A stretch of DNA of 64,000 nucleotides, from NCBI GenBank assembly GCA_030704615.1, contig CM060732.1:19902001-19966000 (forward strand), in the 5' to 3' direction. The notes below the pieces were generated by a model that was given only the letters and a program-made list of their open reading frames with translations, did not search any database and was not told the DNA's origin. The DNA is from Takakia lepidozioides. Its lineage: Eukaryota > Plantae > Bryophyta. Shown here in pieces: positions 37,917 through 51,723 of this stretch (position 1 is its first letter; each line of letters starts with the position of its first letter). The position numbers and the translations under genes are program-made.

Positions 37917-39357
37917 GCTAAAATGACCAGATCCTGGGTGAACGGGAAGGAGAAGCCATATGCAGCCGAACTCATCATCTTGGACATCCCTGATGGGTTG
38001 CCAGTCCCGGATGTCCCTCCAATGGGTGCTTGTCCAGGTTGGAATGCTTTTGATGAGCGCTACTGGCGGTGGGTTTTCTCCTTTTGCAATTTCTTTCTGT
38101 CCGATGCAGGTGTTTTGGTGCTCATCCAGTCCATCGACCTTCGTTGTCGCCGTGCACTTGCCAGCTATTTGAAAGCCTCCGGTATGAGGGTCGTGAAGAC
38201 ATGGAATTGTGTGGAATTGTACCTGACAAAGGGGGATCGTCCGGGACAGATGGTAAATCTGCCTTCTTATTCCTCTTCTTGGTGGTTCTCGGATGGTGTT
38301 GCATAAGTCGCTCAAATGAATATGTAGGGGCCTGGTTTTCAAGCTTCTTAGTTCCTTGTCGATGTCCTGTTCGCAGACTCGTCTGTTTGAAGCTGTTTGT
38401 CTCGTTCGGGTGCATCAACCTACGACTCCAGCCGTCATTAGGGAGTTCGCCATCCCTCATGGGGGCAAGTTCATAGACGAGAGGATGGATCCGCCCACGG
38501 ATGACATGCACCACAACTACGTGGACAACAACGTGTGCTTGCGAAGGGGGAATGAGGTTCCTTGGAGAGGGGCCAGGGAGAGGAGCCCGGCTTTCATTCA
38601 AACGATTGTGGAGTGCTGCACCTACACCGACACCAGAGTTCTGGATTTGTCAATGGGCACAGGTTCGTCTCTTCAGCATTCACATTTGATCGGGTTTGTT
38701 TGAGCTTGCACTTTCAGCACTTCCCACCGTTCCAAATGAGTCTTCAATGTCTGTTTCTTTCCTTCTATTCCATTTGCAGGTGCTTCGTACCACGCTTGCA
38801 AGGCTAGTGCGCGACATCTTTTCGGGATCGAAGGGGATGCTGAGATTTACAAGAACCTCTTGATGGGTTTGGGTGGACACACTTCTCAAGTCCTTCCGAA
38901 GCCCCTTCCCGGTGATATTGATACAGGGGAGACATGCGACAAGGAGCTGGACTCCGACTTTGCCTATGAGTAAGTTCAACCTGTGGATGCTTGCATTCTT
39001 GTTTCAATACCCAGAATCACTATTCTTAAGGCAAAGTGCACATGGGAGACAACCTCTTCGTTGGACTTGTGCATTGTATCATTGTATTCAACATGGGTTT
39101 TTGTCGACTTGTGCAGGAGTCCGTGTGCTTCCACTGACCCTCCAGGGCTATCACACCTTTTTGGACTTGTTTCAAGTCCTCCTCAGTCTTACATGCTACC
39201 CGTCTATGCGGAGGCACTCGCAGCAAGCATGTCTGTTCATGGCACTCGCAGTCCAACCATCGACGGCCGTGGTGGAAGACGTGGTATTGGGGCCGGAATC
39301 TTTGTGGATGATATAGCACAGGAGGTCGATTATGTTTCTGATGACTGTGACACTTGA
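37917..39357 (+). pseudogene. Cargo gene C: beta-class DNA methyltransferase domain (four exons with no stops seen, 5' part lost)
   Basis: Exons 37917-38252, 38377-38662, 38780-38969, 39117-39357: IILDIPDG..GWNAFDERYW..ERSPAFIQTIVECC..VLDLSMGTGASYHACKASARHLFGIEGD. Confidence 0.85.
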
Positions 39358-39694
39358 TATCAAATTCTCTTTTACTTTTATTCGGGGCCTATTTTGAAAT
39401 GGGATGGTTGTGTGTCCTTGTTGTCCTGTTGCAATGTGTGCGTGGGATGCAAATTCCTGGGAACAAACTATCGTTGGAGATGGGGGTTGCATGGAGTGCC
39501 CGGATTGGTTCTTCAATCTCTTTGGTGTGTTCTTGAGCTCACAGGCTTGTGGCCATTGCATAAACAAACAAACGTCTTTGGTTTGGGCAGTGCATTCTCG
39601 CATCATTTGCTCGTTGGTCTTCAAGCCATTCCTGCCAGAAGAATGCTTGGTAAATCCATCGCGTTAAAGTCCACGTGATCAAAGATCGTTCAGA

Positions 39695-39820
39695 CATTCT
39701 TCAAGTGAGCATCTATGATGTTCCCGCACATACCATACATGTTCGCAAGGGTGGTGAGTAAGAAAACATTTTGCAGGGATCCGCTTTGGATGATGTGAGT
39801 GTGCACCTGCTCACGACGTA
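39695..39820 (-). pseudogene. Short PPR fragment inside element C
   Basis: REQVHTHIIQSG..NVFLLTTLANMYGMCGNIIDA. Confidence 0.7.
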
Positions 39821-40073
39821 GGCACATTCCAATGTAAGGGCTTGATATGTTAATAACGTCTAAATAGATGCAATGGATAGATACAATGGATGTAACACAT
39901 CCAGTCTGCATTCCCTTGAAAGGGCTGATCAACCCGCGGTAATAGGTGACACCCGCGGAAATAGGCCTTGTATGCAAGCTGACGTGACGTGAGCCTATGT
40001 TGGGCTCACGGGCTCCTGGGCTCACAGACTCACGCCTCCGGGCTCACGGAATAGCCCCCCCCCGACAAGTGAT

Positions 40074-40343
40074 GTGGGGGCCTCTATTGAAGTGCGTTCT
40101 GCCAAAGGAGAACCACAACTAGCGACGAGGTTGGCGTTCGATGTTCCTCTTCAGCTCGGGAGTTGGGAGGACGTGAGAACTTCACCATTTGCGAGATCGA
40201 TGGAGTGGATCTTTTTGGGGATAACCTTTTTGAGCAAATCCGGAGCGGTCATAGATGGCCGCAAGAGAATAGTCACGCTACCGTGTGGGAATGGTGACGA
40301 AGTTTTACGGGTGTCGGAAATGCCCAACCGAGTGGGAGGGTGA
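40074..40343 (+). pseudogene. Retrotransposon aspartic protease remnant
   Basis: IFLGITFLSKSGAVIDGRKRIVTL resembles the C-terminal ILG..FL....ID motif of Gypsy proteases. Confidence 0.5.
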
Positions 40344-41574
40344 ATAAACCTGCTGACAGGAAAGGAGTGGGCAGTGGAGGAGCCACACGAACCCTAGGGC
40401 AGTTGCAGGGTTGAGTGGACCAAAAACGACAGATCCTGCTCCATGAAAGTCCATGACCAAAAACAAAAAATTGAGGATACTATCCCAAAATATTTGTTTA
40501 GTGATAGATAATGGTATACTGAACATATTTAGTAAAGAGTCCTACCCCAAATACTAAAGATATAATTCATTAAATATTTTAGTCTATTATTTAGAGAAAT
40601 TATGAAAAACTAAAAATTAGAGTTTACAAAAACATTTCAATATGACACCTAGCCATTGAAGATTATAGGTTTTTATACTTCTAGAAGAACAATTACACCC
40701 AAAATCCAAAAAACAAGATGAGCTATGGACTTTTCAAAAAACGCCTATTTTTTTTTACATATATTAGTCCAAATGACAAATAATTTTGCCACTTCAAATC
40801 CATACCTATGATGTGGACCAAAATGGCCACCTTATTTCCAAATTTCAATGGAATTCACCAATGGCATATAGAAAAACTTGAGTCCATTGTAATTCCCCTT
40901 GGATGGGAGTCACCCGATTTCAGCACTGCGCAAACACATGATTAATCCAATTTACCTCTCCCACTCAAGGTGATGCCAAAAAGCGGCATCATGAGCGTTC
41001 GCAAGCAATGTTGTTGCAGGAAGACGATCCTCGGGGATGATCATTCCTTGGCCTTGAAGTGGGCCAAGAAGAGTGCACTGTCGGGACTTGGAGGAAGTCG
41101 GCCGAACTAGCTAGTGGAGAGTAGAGTCAAGTGGGGGGTTGGTTCTTTGCCATGGGACGCCATGGTACGGAAACAAACTCCTTGATGTTGGACGCCACAA
41201 CTTGGATGTTAGTTTCTACAAAATGGACAAGTCGATGAGGACATCGACTCCCTGTTGGTAGGGGTGTGTGTCGCGGCCCTTTTCCTTTAGGCCTGGGGGT
41301 CGGGACACAAGAGGGGCTGCCCATGTGGTGAGGGCAGTGGCAACAATAGGTATGGGGGCTGAAGCACCCTTGAGTGCCCAAGGCACTCAAGGAGGCAGAG
41401 GCACTCACTAGGTGGAGCCCTGCACACCGGGTTGCGGCGGGGTGGTTCCACGAGGGGTGGTGGTAGCTTAGGGGGTCTTAGTGGGGGTGGCATAGGACTC
41501 ACCATGGGGCGGAGACCTTGTGGTGGGAGTCGTGGGGAGTCTTGGGACTCATCACGGTCCATTGGGGCCGTGGT

Positions 41575-42265
41575 GGGTGGGCCAAAACTCACCGCGACTC
41601 ATCACCAAGAGTCAAGGGTCTTCGTGGTGGTTCGCCATAAAAAGGCGGTGTTGTTTGTGAAACCCCCGCGGACAGTCACAGAAGTATCTACATTAACTAT
41701 GGAGTAGCCTTGAGGGTGTGAGACCTGTGGGATACTGACCTGCCCCAAAGCCATTAGGGAGAGGGAGTAGTAACCCCGAAAACGGTGCAAGCCCGTTGGT
41801 GACCAAAAATTAGTGAGTAAGCGTGCGAGCCGGAAAGCGACCAAGGTGTGGGGAGCTGTTCCAGACTGCCAACAACCAAAGCGAATTTCCATTAGGCCCA
41901 AAGTGAGCGAGGGTCTTGTAGAGGAGCAAATGAGGACCGTTATGTCCCGGTGAGCAGCCGAAGCTCCGAGTTGGCCCGGCGGCCAGTTTGGGAGTTAGAC
42001 ACGCGTATCAAAGCGAGTAACTATGACTTGAAGGGGAGCTTACCGAAGTGAGGTGCGCGACACTTGGTCGCTTTCCGGCTCGTTTGCTTGCTTCACTAGC
42101 TTTTGGTCGCTTAACGGGCTTGCACCGTTGTTGGGGTTACTACTTCCTATATATACTTCCGTAGGTGTCGAGGGGGGTCTCACAAACAACCCAAGTCCTT
42201 TTTGGTGAATCACCACTGTGAACCTCAATACCTTGTGATGAATCGCGGTGAGTCTTGGCCCACCT
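41575..42265. repeat. Long imperfect inverted repeat (foldback)
   Basis: 41575-41690 pairs with 42150-42265, and 41765-41850 pairs with 42060-42145 (e.g. AACGGTGCAAGCCCGTT / AACGGGCTTGCACCGTT; GAGCCGGAAAGCGACCAAG / CTTGGTCGCTTTCCGGCTC). Confidence 0.85.
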
Positions 42266-44494
42266 TGTATCAATATTGGCATGAAGTATTAGACCAAATT
42301 GAGCTAGTGCCACTACTTAGCATATACTTGTATTGGCCCAATATTGTGATTACCAGGCGAGATTCTTCTAGCCTTGGTAGATGGCTGAAAACTTGGTACC
42401 TGCTACCATTAGATCCATTTTTTGAGGAAAAACCTAGGTATGAGTGTTGACGACTCACACGATATAAATTGGATGCGGCTCTTTCATTAAGCAAGTGAAA
42501 ATCAGGTTTTGATGGGGTTGTTGTGATTGAGCCTCCACATGCTTCTTACTATCGTTCAATTCTTTGATCAAGTGTACAAGAAATATCAATATATAAATAC
42601 CAGACCGGTATTGATAATGCACTGGTATTGGTTTTTCAAAACTCTTGCTATTGATACCAGCATAACACCTCACCAATAATTTTTTTGACCACCGTAGTAT
42701 TCAAATATCCAAATTTTCCCAATACCACTGCTTCCCTAGTATTGCAATTGGATGAAGGCCTCTATACCAGTACTAGTTTGGTATGTTCAAAATGCAATAC
42801 TAGTCCAATACTGGTGAATTCGGGGTCACTACTTCAAGAAATGTTATCCTATAAGCCTTTACTTCAATTTACTAACTAAATGATCAAGACTTGGGGGGTT
42901 TCAATGTCAACATCTTTATGCAAATGGTAAAAAAAGAAACCGCTCCAAGTTGAATACTCAAACTTGGGCACAATGTGGTCTTTCTATCTTCTTAAGCAAT
43001 GGGGCATCATGTAGCCATTGGCCTTCCCTCGTGGGTCGGGATGAAGAAATCAATTGACGCCACTGCAAAAGTGACATTGCAAAGTCCAAGCTCACTTGAA
43101 TTTCGAACCGCTTAGGGCTAAATGCTTGTTCTATGCTTTGACTTAATTTCTTTCTTGGACATCCACTGTCTTTCTTCTTAGTTCTAACCGCATAGCTTTT
43201 GTTTTTCCTCTTGGGGACAGTTTTACACATTTGTACAGTCACCCCACTTGGGTCTTTTTATAAAGTTATGTTGTTAGCGTTTTTTTCTTTTTAGTTTTGG
43301 ACATCTGTCTCATTTTGGCTTATTCTTTGTTAACCCCTAATGGACGAGGCGACCTGAATCGGGTCGCCGGAAAATTTTGAATGGATGAAAATCATCGAGA
43401 TGAACTCCGATGAAATCGAGCCCTGAATGAAAAATGTAGGAAATATAATTCTACGCCCCCCGGTGTGATGACACCCTAAGAACCCTAAAGGACAGCCGAC
43501 AGGATTTTTTGGAAAGCGTGGGGTACCCAAAAATCAGTGGTTTGGGGCCCTCCAGCAGGGTTGACTTGCCACGTGGCCGGCTAGATGGGGTCGGGTTCAT
43601 GTATTTGGCGGCGACGGGTGCCACCGGGGGCTGCATGTCCGCCCGTGCAAACAACGAGATCTCCCCCCGGCACGCGCGAAGGGTGGCGGGAGGTAGCAGG
43701 GGCGGGCACTTCGCCTCCTTCGTTCTCTCTCGTTTGTGCATGTTGGGGGCTCACAGCTTGTTGTGTGCAGATGGTGCATATCAGCCTTTTACGCTCATTC
43801 TTCCTTCCTGTGTCGATCCTATTTTTCCCTACATCTGCTTGATTGTTTTCTTTGTGTGCTTATTTGGGCTCTTCGCGATCTGGGTGTGTGGGCCGTTGTT
43901 CCGTTTTGCACTGCGGAGGTCTTGTTTGTCTTTATAAGAGTTGGCCGCTGCGTTTACATCTGCTGCTTCACCTGCATCTACCCCCGCGAGAAGGGCTGCG
44001 CAGCCACGAATTCAGTGCGCAGCCGTCTGTTGGCCTTAGGTCCGAGCTGGCCCATTTTCCTCCATTCCGCTTTTCGCTTTAGACCTCTTGCTTATGCTGC
44101 ATTCACGGGGGTGTTAGGGTTCAGAATGCCAACCGATTAGATTCTACAGCCTTGCCATCAGGGATGCTAATGTTTTTGCTTTGTGTTTCTTGATGTGGGC
44201 TGGATTTGGGGATTTGTTTTTTTGTTTTACATACGTAGGCCTGTAGTGATTGGGGTGATTGTCTGGATGGAAGGGAATCAATGGCACCTAAACGCAAGGC
44301 CCTTGCTGCAGCTTAAGACAATGGGCTATGGAGGAACAACATTGCATTGTGGAGCAGTGCAAGATAATCTTGGGCTGCATTTCTCTTGACTTCTTGTTAA
44401 GGTTGTCTGCCGCCACTTGCCAATCGCTAGCCTCGCCACCCTCGCCCTCACAACTTTCTTTTCCTGTTTAGACGTCAACTTGCTCTTGTTCTAG

Positions 44495-47400
44495 GTTGGA
44501 GAGAGAGAAGAGATGAGGATGACAATGACGGTTTTAGTGAGGCTGTGAATTTTGTGTTGAGAGAAGATGTCTGGCCCGATGCCAACAGTCAGCCGTCTGA
44601 AGGTTTTGGCTCGTACAGAGAGGTTTCTTCCTGCAAACTTGTGAGAGCACCTCCCAAGGGTGTCGTTGTCACTGACATAGCCCAGATGAACTTACTAGGA
44701 GTAAATACCAGAAGTTACCAAGTTACCATGTTATCGAAAGTTATCATGACTTATCGTGATTTATCATAAATTACCATTAGTTACCAAGTTACCGAAAGTT
44801 TATCAAATTACCGAGAGTAACTTGGGAAACTGCTCAGGAAGCTTTTTTTGGAGGAAACTTCTCCATCAAGAAATCTCCATTGGGGAAGCTTCTTAGAGAA
44901 CTTCCTAGTAGCCAATATATATAGGAGGCGAGACTGGACACTTTTCAGTCTCGCCAACACAAGTTCAAGCTACTCTTGTTTCCAGTCCCAGTACTCCAGT
45001 ACTCTAGTCCAGTTTCCAGTATCTGGTACTCCAGTCTAGTTTCCAGCATTCCAGTATTCAAGTCGAGTTCCAGTATCTTGTACTCTTGTCCATTGTTATA
45101 AAGATCATCTTGATTCTTCTTTATCCATCATGCATTCAGCCACGCCGACCTTGACTTCGTGTCTAGTCTTGTACCTCTAAGTTTGATCTCTTGTTTGTGT
45201 TCAGTCATGCTCTCGTCCTTGACAGTTTGGCGAGACTAAAGTTTGTTCCTTAGTTAGTTGAGATAGAAGGCACATTTGCGGAAATGGTAGCCACCTTGCA
45301 GAGCCTTCAGCTCCAGATGCAATTATGCTGACAACTGAGTTTTTCAATTATGCTGATTGTAATCTTGCAAAAGCTGATTCGCTCTGAAGTTCGAAGGGCT
45401 CAGAGTCAAACCTTGAAGTTATGAGTGGGTAGGTGTTCTTGTATGAAAGTGTCAATGATGTGACAAGCTCCTAACCCTTACTCTGCATATGTGGTCTCTA
45501 AAAACCTCTCTCTCTTCTAGACCTTGCAACCATTTTCTTCCTTCGTATTGAGTTATATTTTATATATGAAGTAAAATGAACTTGAAGGGGATTGGACGAC
45601 CGTTAGCATCAGGATTCATTGACCATGAAACTCGACCCCTTGAAGTGAAGCTTAAAGATCAAGCATCACAGATTATTTTCAACGTCATCCAATCTCCAAC
45701 GAATCTTGTGATCCTTAGACTTCCCTGGTTTGTACTTCATAATCCTGACATCAACTGACGATCGCGAAAAAATTTCGGCAAGACAAAAATGCAAAAGTAC
45801 CAAGGGTATTTAACCCCTGTTTCTTGGAGCTAGAGCCTTCATGAGAGCTACAAAAAAAGACGCGACATTTGCACTTTATGCGACTCCGATCAAGACCACA
45901 ACAGACCAAGGTACTTCGACACTCAGTATCAATATTGTCTTCGAGAAGAAAAATGCAGACATGTTGCCAGAACATCGACCTTACGATTGTGCAATTGAGT
46001 TGCAAGAAGGAGCCCAATCACCATTCGGCCCAATCTACAATTTATCTCAGACGGAGTTGGCTGCTTTACGCGAATACATTGATGAAAATTTGTCGAAGAA
46101 TTTCATTCGACATTCGAAATCACCCACAGGAGCACCTATCATATTTGTGAAGAAGAAGGACGGATCGTTACGTATGTGTGTGGACTATCGTAGGCTCAAC
46201 AAAGTCACTATAAAAAATCGTTACCCACTACCGTTGATTTTCGAACTCCTCGAACAACTTGTACGCACAAAGATTGACTTGAGAGGAGCCTACAACCTTG
46301 TACGAACAAAAGAATGAGACGAATGGAAGATTGTTTTTCACACAAGGTACGGACATTTCGAATACAATGTTATGTCTTTTGGTCTAACAAATGATGAATG
46401 ACATCTTTCGAGAATTTTTAGATGACTTTGTAATCATCTATTTGGACGACATTTTGATATTTTCGCAGAACGAAGAAGAATATGATCGCATGCACGCCTT
46501 GTCCTTGATAAATTGAGGAAAAGAGGACTATATGCCAAGTTGGAAAAATGTCTTTTCCATCAATCTGAAGTCGAATTTTGGGCTACATCATTTCCGACAA
46601 ATGAGTCTTTATGGATCAGAAGAAAATACAAACTATCATCGAGTGGATTAAACCAACTTCGGTCCGAGATGTTTAATGTTTTCTAGGATTTGCAAATTTC
46701 TATAGAATCTTCATCAAGGACTATTCCCAAATTGCTGCACCATTGACACGACTCACAAAGAAGGACAAATTTGTATGGGACGAGAAGGCTGACCAGACAT
46801 TTGAAATGCTGAAGCAGACATTTACACGGCTCCATTCTGGTACATGCATACCCATCTAAACCATTTTTTTTTTAAGCAGATGCATCGGACTTTGCACTTG
46901 GTGCTATACTCTCTCAATACGGTACGGATGGCCGACTTCACCCTGTTGGTTTTCGTTCTCGCAAATTTTCCGCTGCAAAGATCAATTATGAAATCTATGA
47001 CAAAGAACTTCTAGCAATCATCGATGCTTTTGAGGAGTGGCGTCATCTATTGGAGGGAGCTAAACATCAGGTCACTGTCTACACCGATCACAAAAACCTC
47101 GAATATTTTATGAGTGCTCGTGTCTTGAATCGACATCAAGCAAGATGGGGTATGTCACTAGCAAGGTTTGATTTTGTTATTACCTATCGTCCGGGACATC
47201 TTCAAGGAAAACCCGATGCTCTTTCTCAACTATCGTATCTTGCGCTGAAAAAAAGGGAGACAAGTTTCGACCAACAGAAATCCATCATCTTGAAACCAAC
47301 AAATCTCCAATTGAATATGCTATCCATGTTCACCTATGATGATGCAGAGATCATAAAGGAGATTCAGGAAGCACTGAAGAGCGACCAGTTTGCTACGACA

Positions 47401-50400
47401 CTACGAAGTCAACTAAATCGACCTCGAGACAACCCACATGTTACAAACGACTTCGAATTTAAAGACGGTTTGTTTTATTTTCAAGGACTTCTCTATGCAC
47501 CTCAAGAACCTATACGACTTCGAATTCTTCAAAGAGGTCATGATCTTCCGGCTGTATGACCTTTCGGCTTCAACAAAACAATGGAATTGATATCCAGGGA
47601 CTATTGGTGGCCGCAGATGTGGAAACTCGTGAAGAATTTATAAATCTTGCGACACGTGTGTTAGAGTGAAGGGACCACGACATCGACCTTACGGTCTTCT
47701 TCAACCATTACCCATTCCCAAGGGTCCATGGTTGTCCGTGTCTATGGACTTTATTACGAAGCTTCCAATTTCCAAGACCACCGATTCAATCCTTGTTATT
47801 GTGGATCGTTTTATGAAGATGACACATTTCATTCCATGTAATAAGACGGTTACAGACGAGGAAACTACAAGACTCTTCCTCAACAATATCTACCGCATTC
47901 ATGGACTTCCGAAAGACATCGTATCTGATCGAGGACCGCAATTCATATCAAATTTCTGGAGGGGATTATTTCACATATTGGATACTAAGATCACTCTCTA
48001 CAGCTAATCATCCACAGATTGATGTTCAAACCGAACGCGTAAACCAGATTTTGGAACAATATCTTCGTTGTACGAAAAATTATCACCGAGATAATTGGAC
48101 GGACCTTTTGCCATTAGCTGAGTTTGCATACAACAACACTATACATTCTTCGACTAAACAAACTTCATTTTTCTCCAATTATGGTCATCATCCTCAAGCA
48201 AACCCTTTCCACATGAAGACTGTTAGAAGCCCTACTGTAGAAAACCTTGATACTTATCTTGCTACGATTCACAAAGAGCTTACATTCCACCTCGCAGAAG
48301 CTAAAAAGCAATACAAAGAGTATGCAGATCAACATCGTCAACTCCAACTCCAACCCCAGTTCAAGGTCGGAGATCGTGTGTGGCTTCTTCTCGACGGGAT
48401 ATACAAACCTCGCAACCATCAAGGAAATTGGATTATCAACGCCTGAGACCATTCAAAATTATTCGACAAATAAATCCGGTCAGTTTTTGGCTTGAACTCC
48501 CATGAAGTATGCGCATCCATCCAGTCTTTCATGTTTCATTATTATAGTTGTATCATCCATCGAATATTCCAAGGAGAGCTTCCGTACCACTCCAACCAGT
48601 CGAAATCAATCAGGAAATCGAGTATGAAGTCTACGAAATCCTAGACTCTCGCATCAAGTACAAATGTCTTGAGTATTTTGTACATTGGAAAGGCTACGAC
48701 ATCAGCGAACGAACGTGGGAACTTTCATCCAACCTCGCCAATGCATCTGACAAAGTCCAAGAGTTTTTATCAACGATATCCAGCTAGCCCCGAGCTACAC
48801 GTCAATAAGACGTCACACAAAACGTGAGGTCAACCAAGTTAGTTTCAAGGTGAAGACTCCACATTCAGTGTACCTGATCTACGCTAAGGATGGAGGAGCA
48901 CCACACATCAGTATATATAGCTACACTTCCAGCACTCTTGCATCTTGTATTGGCAGCATGAAGTCATAGAAACCAGATACATCGGAGTTGTCGCTTACCC
49001 AACTACCAGATCACTGTTTCCGTCCGACTCTCACTCACGACCTTCAACATCACACCGACGCTCTCGAGACGATGGGCCAACGATGCGATACGTACTTCCT
49101 CGTCTAGACCTCGTACGACGACAAGTGGAGCCTATTCGAAGTCTGATAATCCGGTTGGAGTTTGAGGCTTCGAATCCAGAGGGCAGCGAAATCATGTTTG
49201 AAGGCAGCTTCGAAAATCAGAGTGTTCAAATCACTGCGTGGTCCCAAGTTCAAGGTGTTAGATACTATCGATGGTTGTAGGGACCTATTAAATCATTTGA
49301 GTAAAGAACGAAGAGCCGAATACTTGGTAAATACCATTCGTCGGATTTTGGATTTTCTCCAACTCTAAGCAAGTCCAAGATTTTACCGCTTCTCGAGGAA
49401 CTCGGCCGCTAGAGGAGGGGGTGAAGGTCACGGAAATAGCCCATGAAACTTATCAAGAGTAAATATCAGAAGTTACCAAATTACCATGTTACCGAAAGTT
49501 ATCATGACTTCGACAATCTTCAGTATCACCAACACAAGTTCAAGCTACTCTTGTTTCCAGTCCCAGTACTCCAGTCCAGACTCCATTACTCTAGTCCAGT
49601 TTCCAGTATCTGGTACTCCAGTCCAATTTCCAGCATTCTAGTATTCAAGTCGAGTTCCAGTATCTTGTACTCTTGTCCATTGTTATAAAGATCATCTTGA
49701 TTCTTCTTTATCCATCATGCATTCGACCACGCCGACCTTGACCTCGTGTCTAGTCTTGTACCTCTAAGTTTGATCTCTTGTTTGTGTTCAGTCATGCTCT
49801 CGTCCTTGACAGTCGTGAGGAAAAAAACTAGTCATGGAGTGAATTATGGGATTGGGGAAGAGGCTGGTGGTGGCGCTGTGAATGTGGGGTGTGTTGGCGG
49901 GTGTCTGAGTCTTGGGAGGATGGTTGTCGTGGGTCGGGTGGCTTTGGGAGAGTTGCATCCCAATATTGGGGGTTTGGTGAATTTTGGGGAGGGGTCTTCT
50001 AATGGGAGTTTTGGGCACGATGAGGCCTCGTCGGACATAGACGAGGATTTTGAGGGTGACGATGGGTACTCTGCCGACGAATGTGACTGGGAGAATGATG
50101 TGGTTGATATGGAGTGCGATGAGGAGCCAACCGCCGATTTTGTCAACATGTTCAAGCCAAAAACTTGGGAAACTAATGTTGGCCTTCTTCTCTCCTGAGT
50201 CTGTACAAATAGGGGTGCTTTTACTGGCCTTGTACCTAGTCCCTGCCTGCCAGAGATGAAGGGCTCACATCCTGTTTGGTTCTTTGTCGTTGTTTGGAGA
50301 CAACATGTGCTTGCACGGATATGCAGGGATTCCAATCGTTATGCATGTGATGCTTTGGGTACGGGCACTCGTGGGGGGCCTCGGTGGAAAGAGCTCACTG

Positions 50401-51723
50401 TTCCGGAGTTGAGGGCTTGGATTGGCATATGTGTCTTCATGGGCGTGAAGAAGTGGCCCCGAACTCGCTTGTACTGGCAAAAATCGGAGTAATTCTTCTC
50501 TTGTCCTGTCATCCGCAAAGTGATGACAAATGGTACGGGCGAGGCCATACGCCGCTGTTTACATCTTGTTGACAACGCCACTTTGGTGGCGAATTGGAGG
50601 AGTCCCTATTACGACAAGCTTGGAAAGCTTAGGTGGGCCTGTAATGAGATTGTTGATAGGTGTAAAAGTCTTTGGAATCTTCACAAAATGGTGACCGTTG
50701 ATGAGGTCATGATTCGTTACAAGGGGAGGTACTGTCCAATTATGATGTATATTCCTAAGAAACCATGCAAGTGGGGCATAAAGGTGTGGGCTGTGGTTTA
50801 CTCAGAGAGTCCATATGCTACGATTTTTGTTTTTACTATGGTAAGAATGCATGAGGGGCAGATGGCCAGAGGCAAAAAAGTGGGAAGGGAAAATGTTACG
50901 ATGTTTTTTGCTGGCTGGCCGAAGGGCTGCATGGTTTGGGCCATGTAGTGGTCACTGACAATTATTTTACCTCTGTCCAGCTTCTATATGACTTGGCCAA
51001 ACTTGGCACTTGGGCCACTGGCATAGTTAGATTGAGCAGAAAGGGTCTCTCTCCCCCTTTGCTGAAAATGAAGAATTCCAAAACTGCCAAGCAAGGCCAG
51101 TCATGGTATAGGATGCATGTTTCAAGGGAGGTGGCTGCTATGTTGTGGTGGGACAAGAAGGGGGTGTTTTTACTGTCATCTACAGCTAGGCCAGTATGCA
51201 GCCCTTCCTCTCCTGTGACTGTACGTCGTTTTGTGGGAAACCAAAGAATGTCTGTGTTATCCGTGCCTGCACATGTGCAATATCAAACATACATACGAGG
51301 GGTAGATGTGCATGACCAGCTTTGGGGTGCGTATAACTTGCAGCTGCGCACAAAGAAGTGGTGGCATCGTGTGTTTTTTTTTTTTTTTTTTTTTTTTTTT
51401 TGATACCACGGACTGTGGTGAATGCGTATATCTTGCATTCTGTGGTGGAGAGAAGGATGGGGCATCGGGTCATGACCCATCTGGAATTCAATCTGGCTTT
51501 GGCATATGCTTTGACAGCGGGCTGCTACACTGACAACATGGACACCACTGGGGATGTGGGATGCATGTTTGTGCATCAGTGCCTTCACACGACACGACGG
51601 CGATTGTGTGTTGTGTGTCATGTTTGTACTCACTATTATTGCCCTGGCTGTGATGGCAGCCACTTGTGCTTGGGCATGTTTGGAATGAGGCACACCGACA
51701 TGCCACGAGGTGACTGCAGCTAG
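44495..51723 (+). pseudogene. piggyBac transposase, interrupted by a chromovirus
   Basis: PPKGVV|RKKTSHG rejoins in frame across 44667-49811. Motifs ELRAWIG, VTVDEVMIRYKGR, KPCKWGIK, VTDNYFTS, GVDVHDQ, KKWW and a C-terminal Cys-rich domain. Stops, frameshifts and a poly-T expansion at ~51374-51401. Confidence 0.9.
44667..49811 (+). mobile_element. Chromovirus (Tcn1-like) Ty3/Gypsy element with both LTRs; gag largely missing
   Basis: LTRs 44667-45224 and 49426-49811; TSD GTCGT; PPT AGAGGAGGGGGTGA; [26 protein letters not shown]; IN SMDFIT..SDRGPQF; chromodomain EYEVYEILDSR..EYFVHWKGY..TWE. Confidence 0.93.

Larger units (their letters stand above)
37801..40055 (+). mobile_element. MULE-like element C (MTase end and terminus)
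   Basis: MTase exons; CCGCGG(T/A)AATAGG twice near 39935-39965; GCTCAC repeats; terminus GCTCACGGAATAGC at 40042-40055. Confidence 0.72.
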
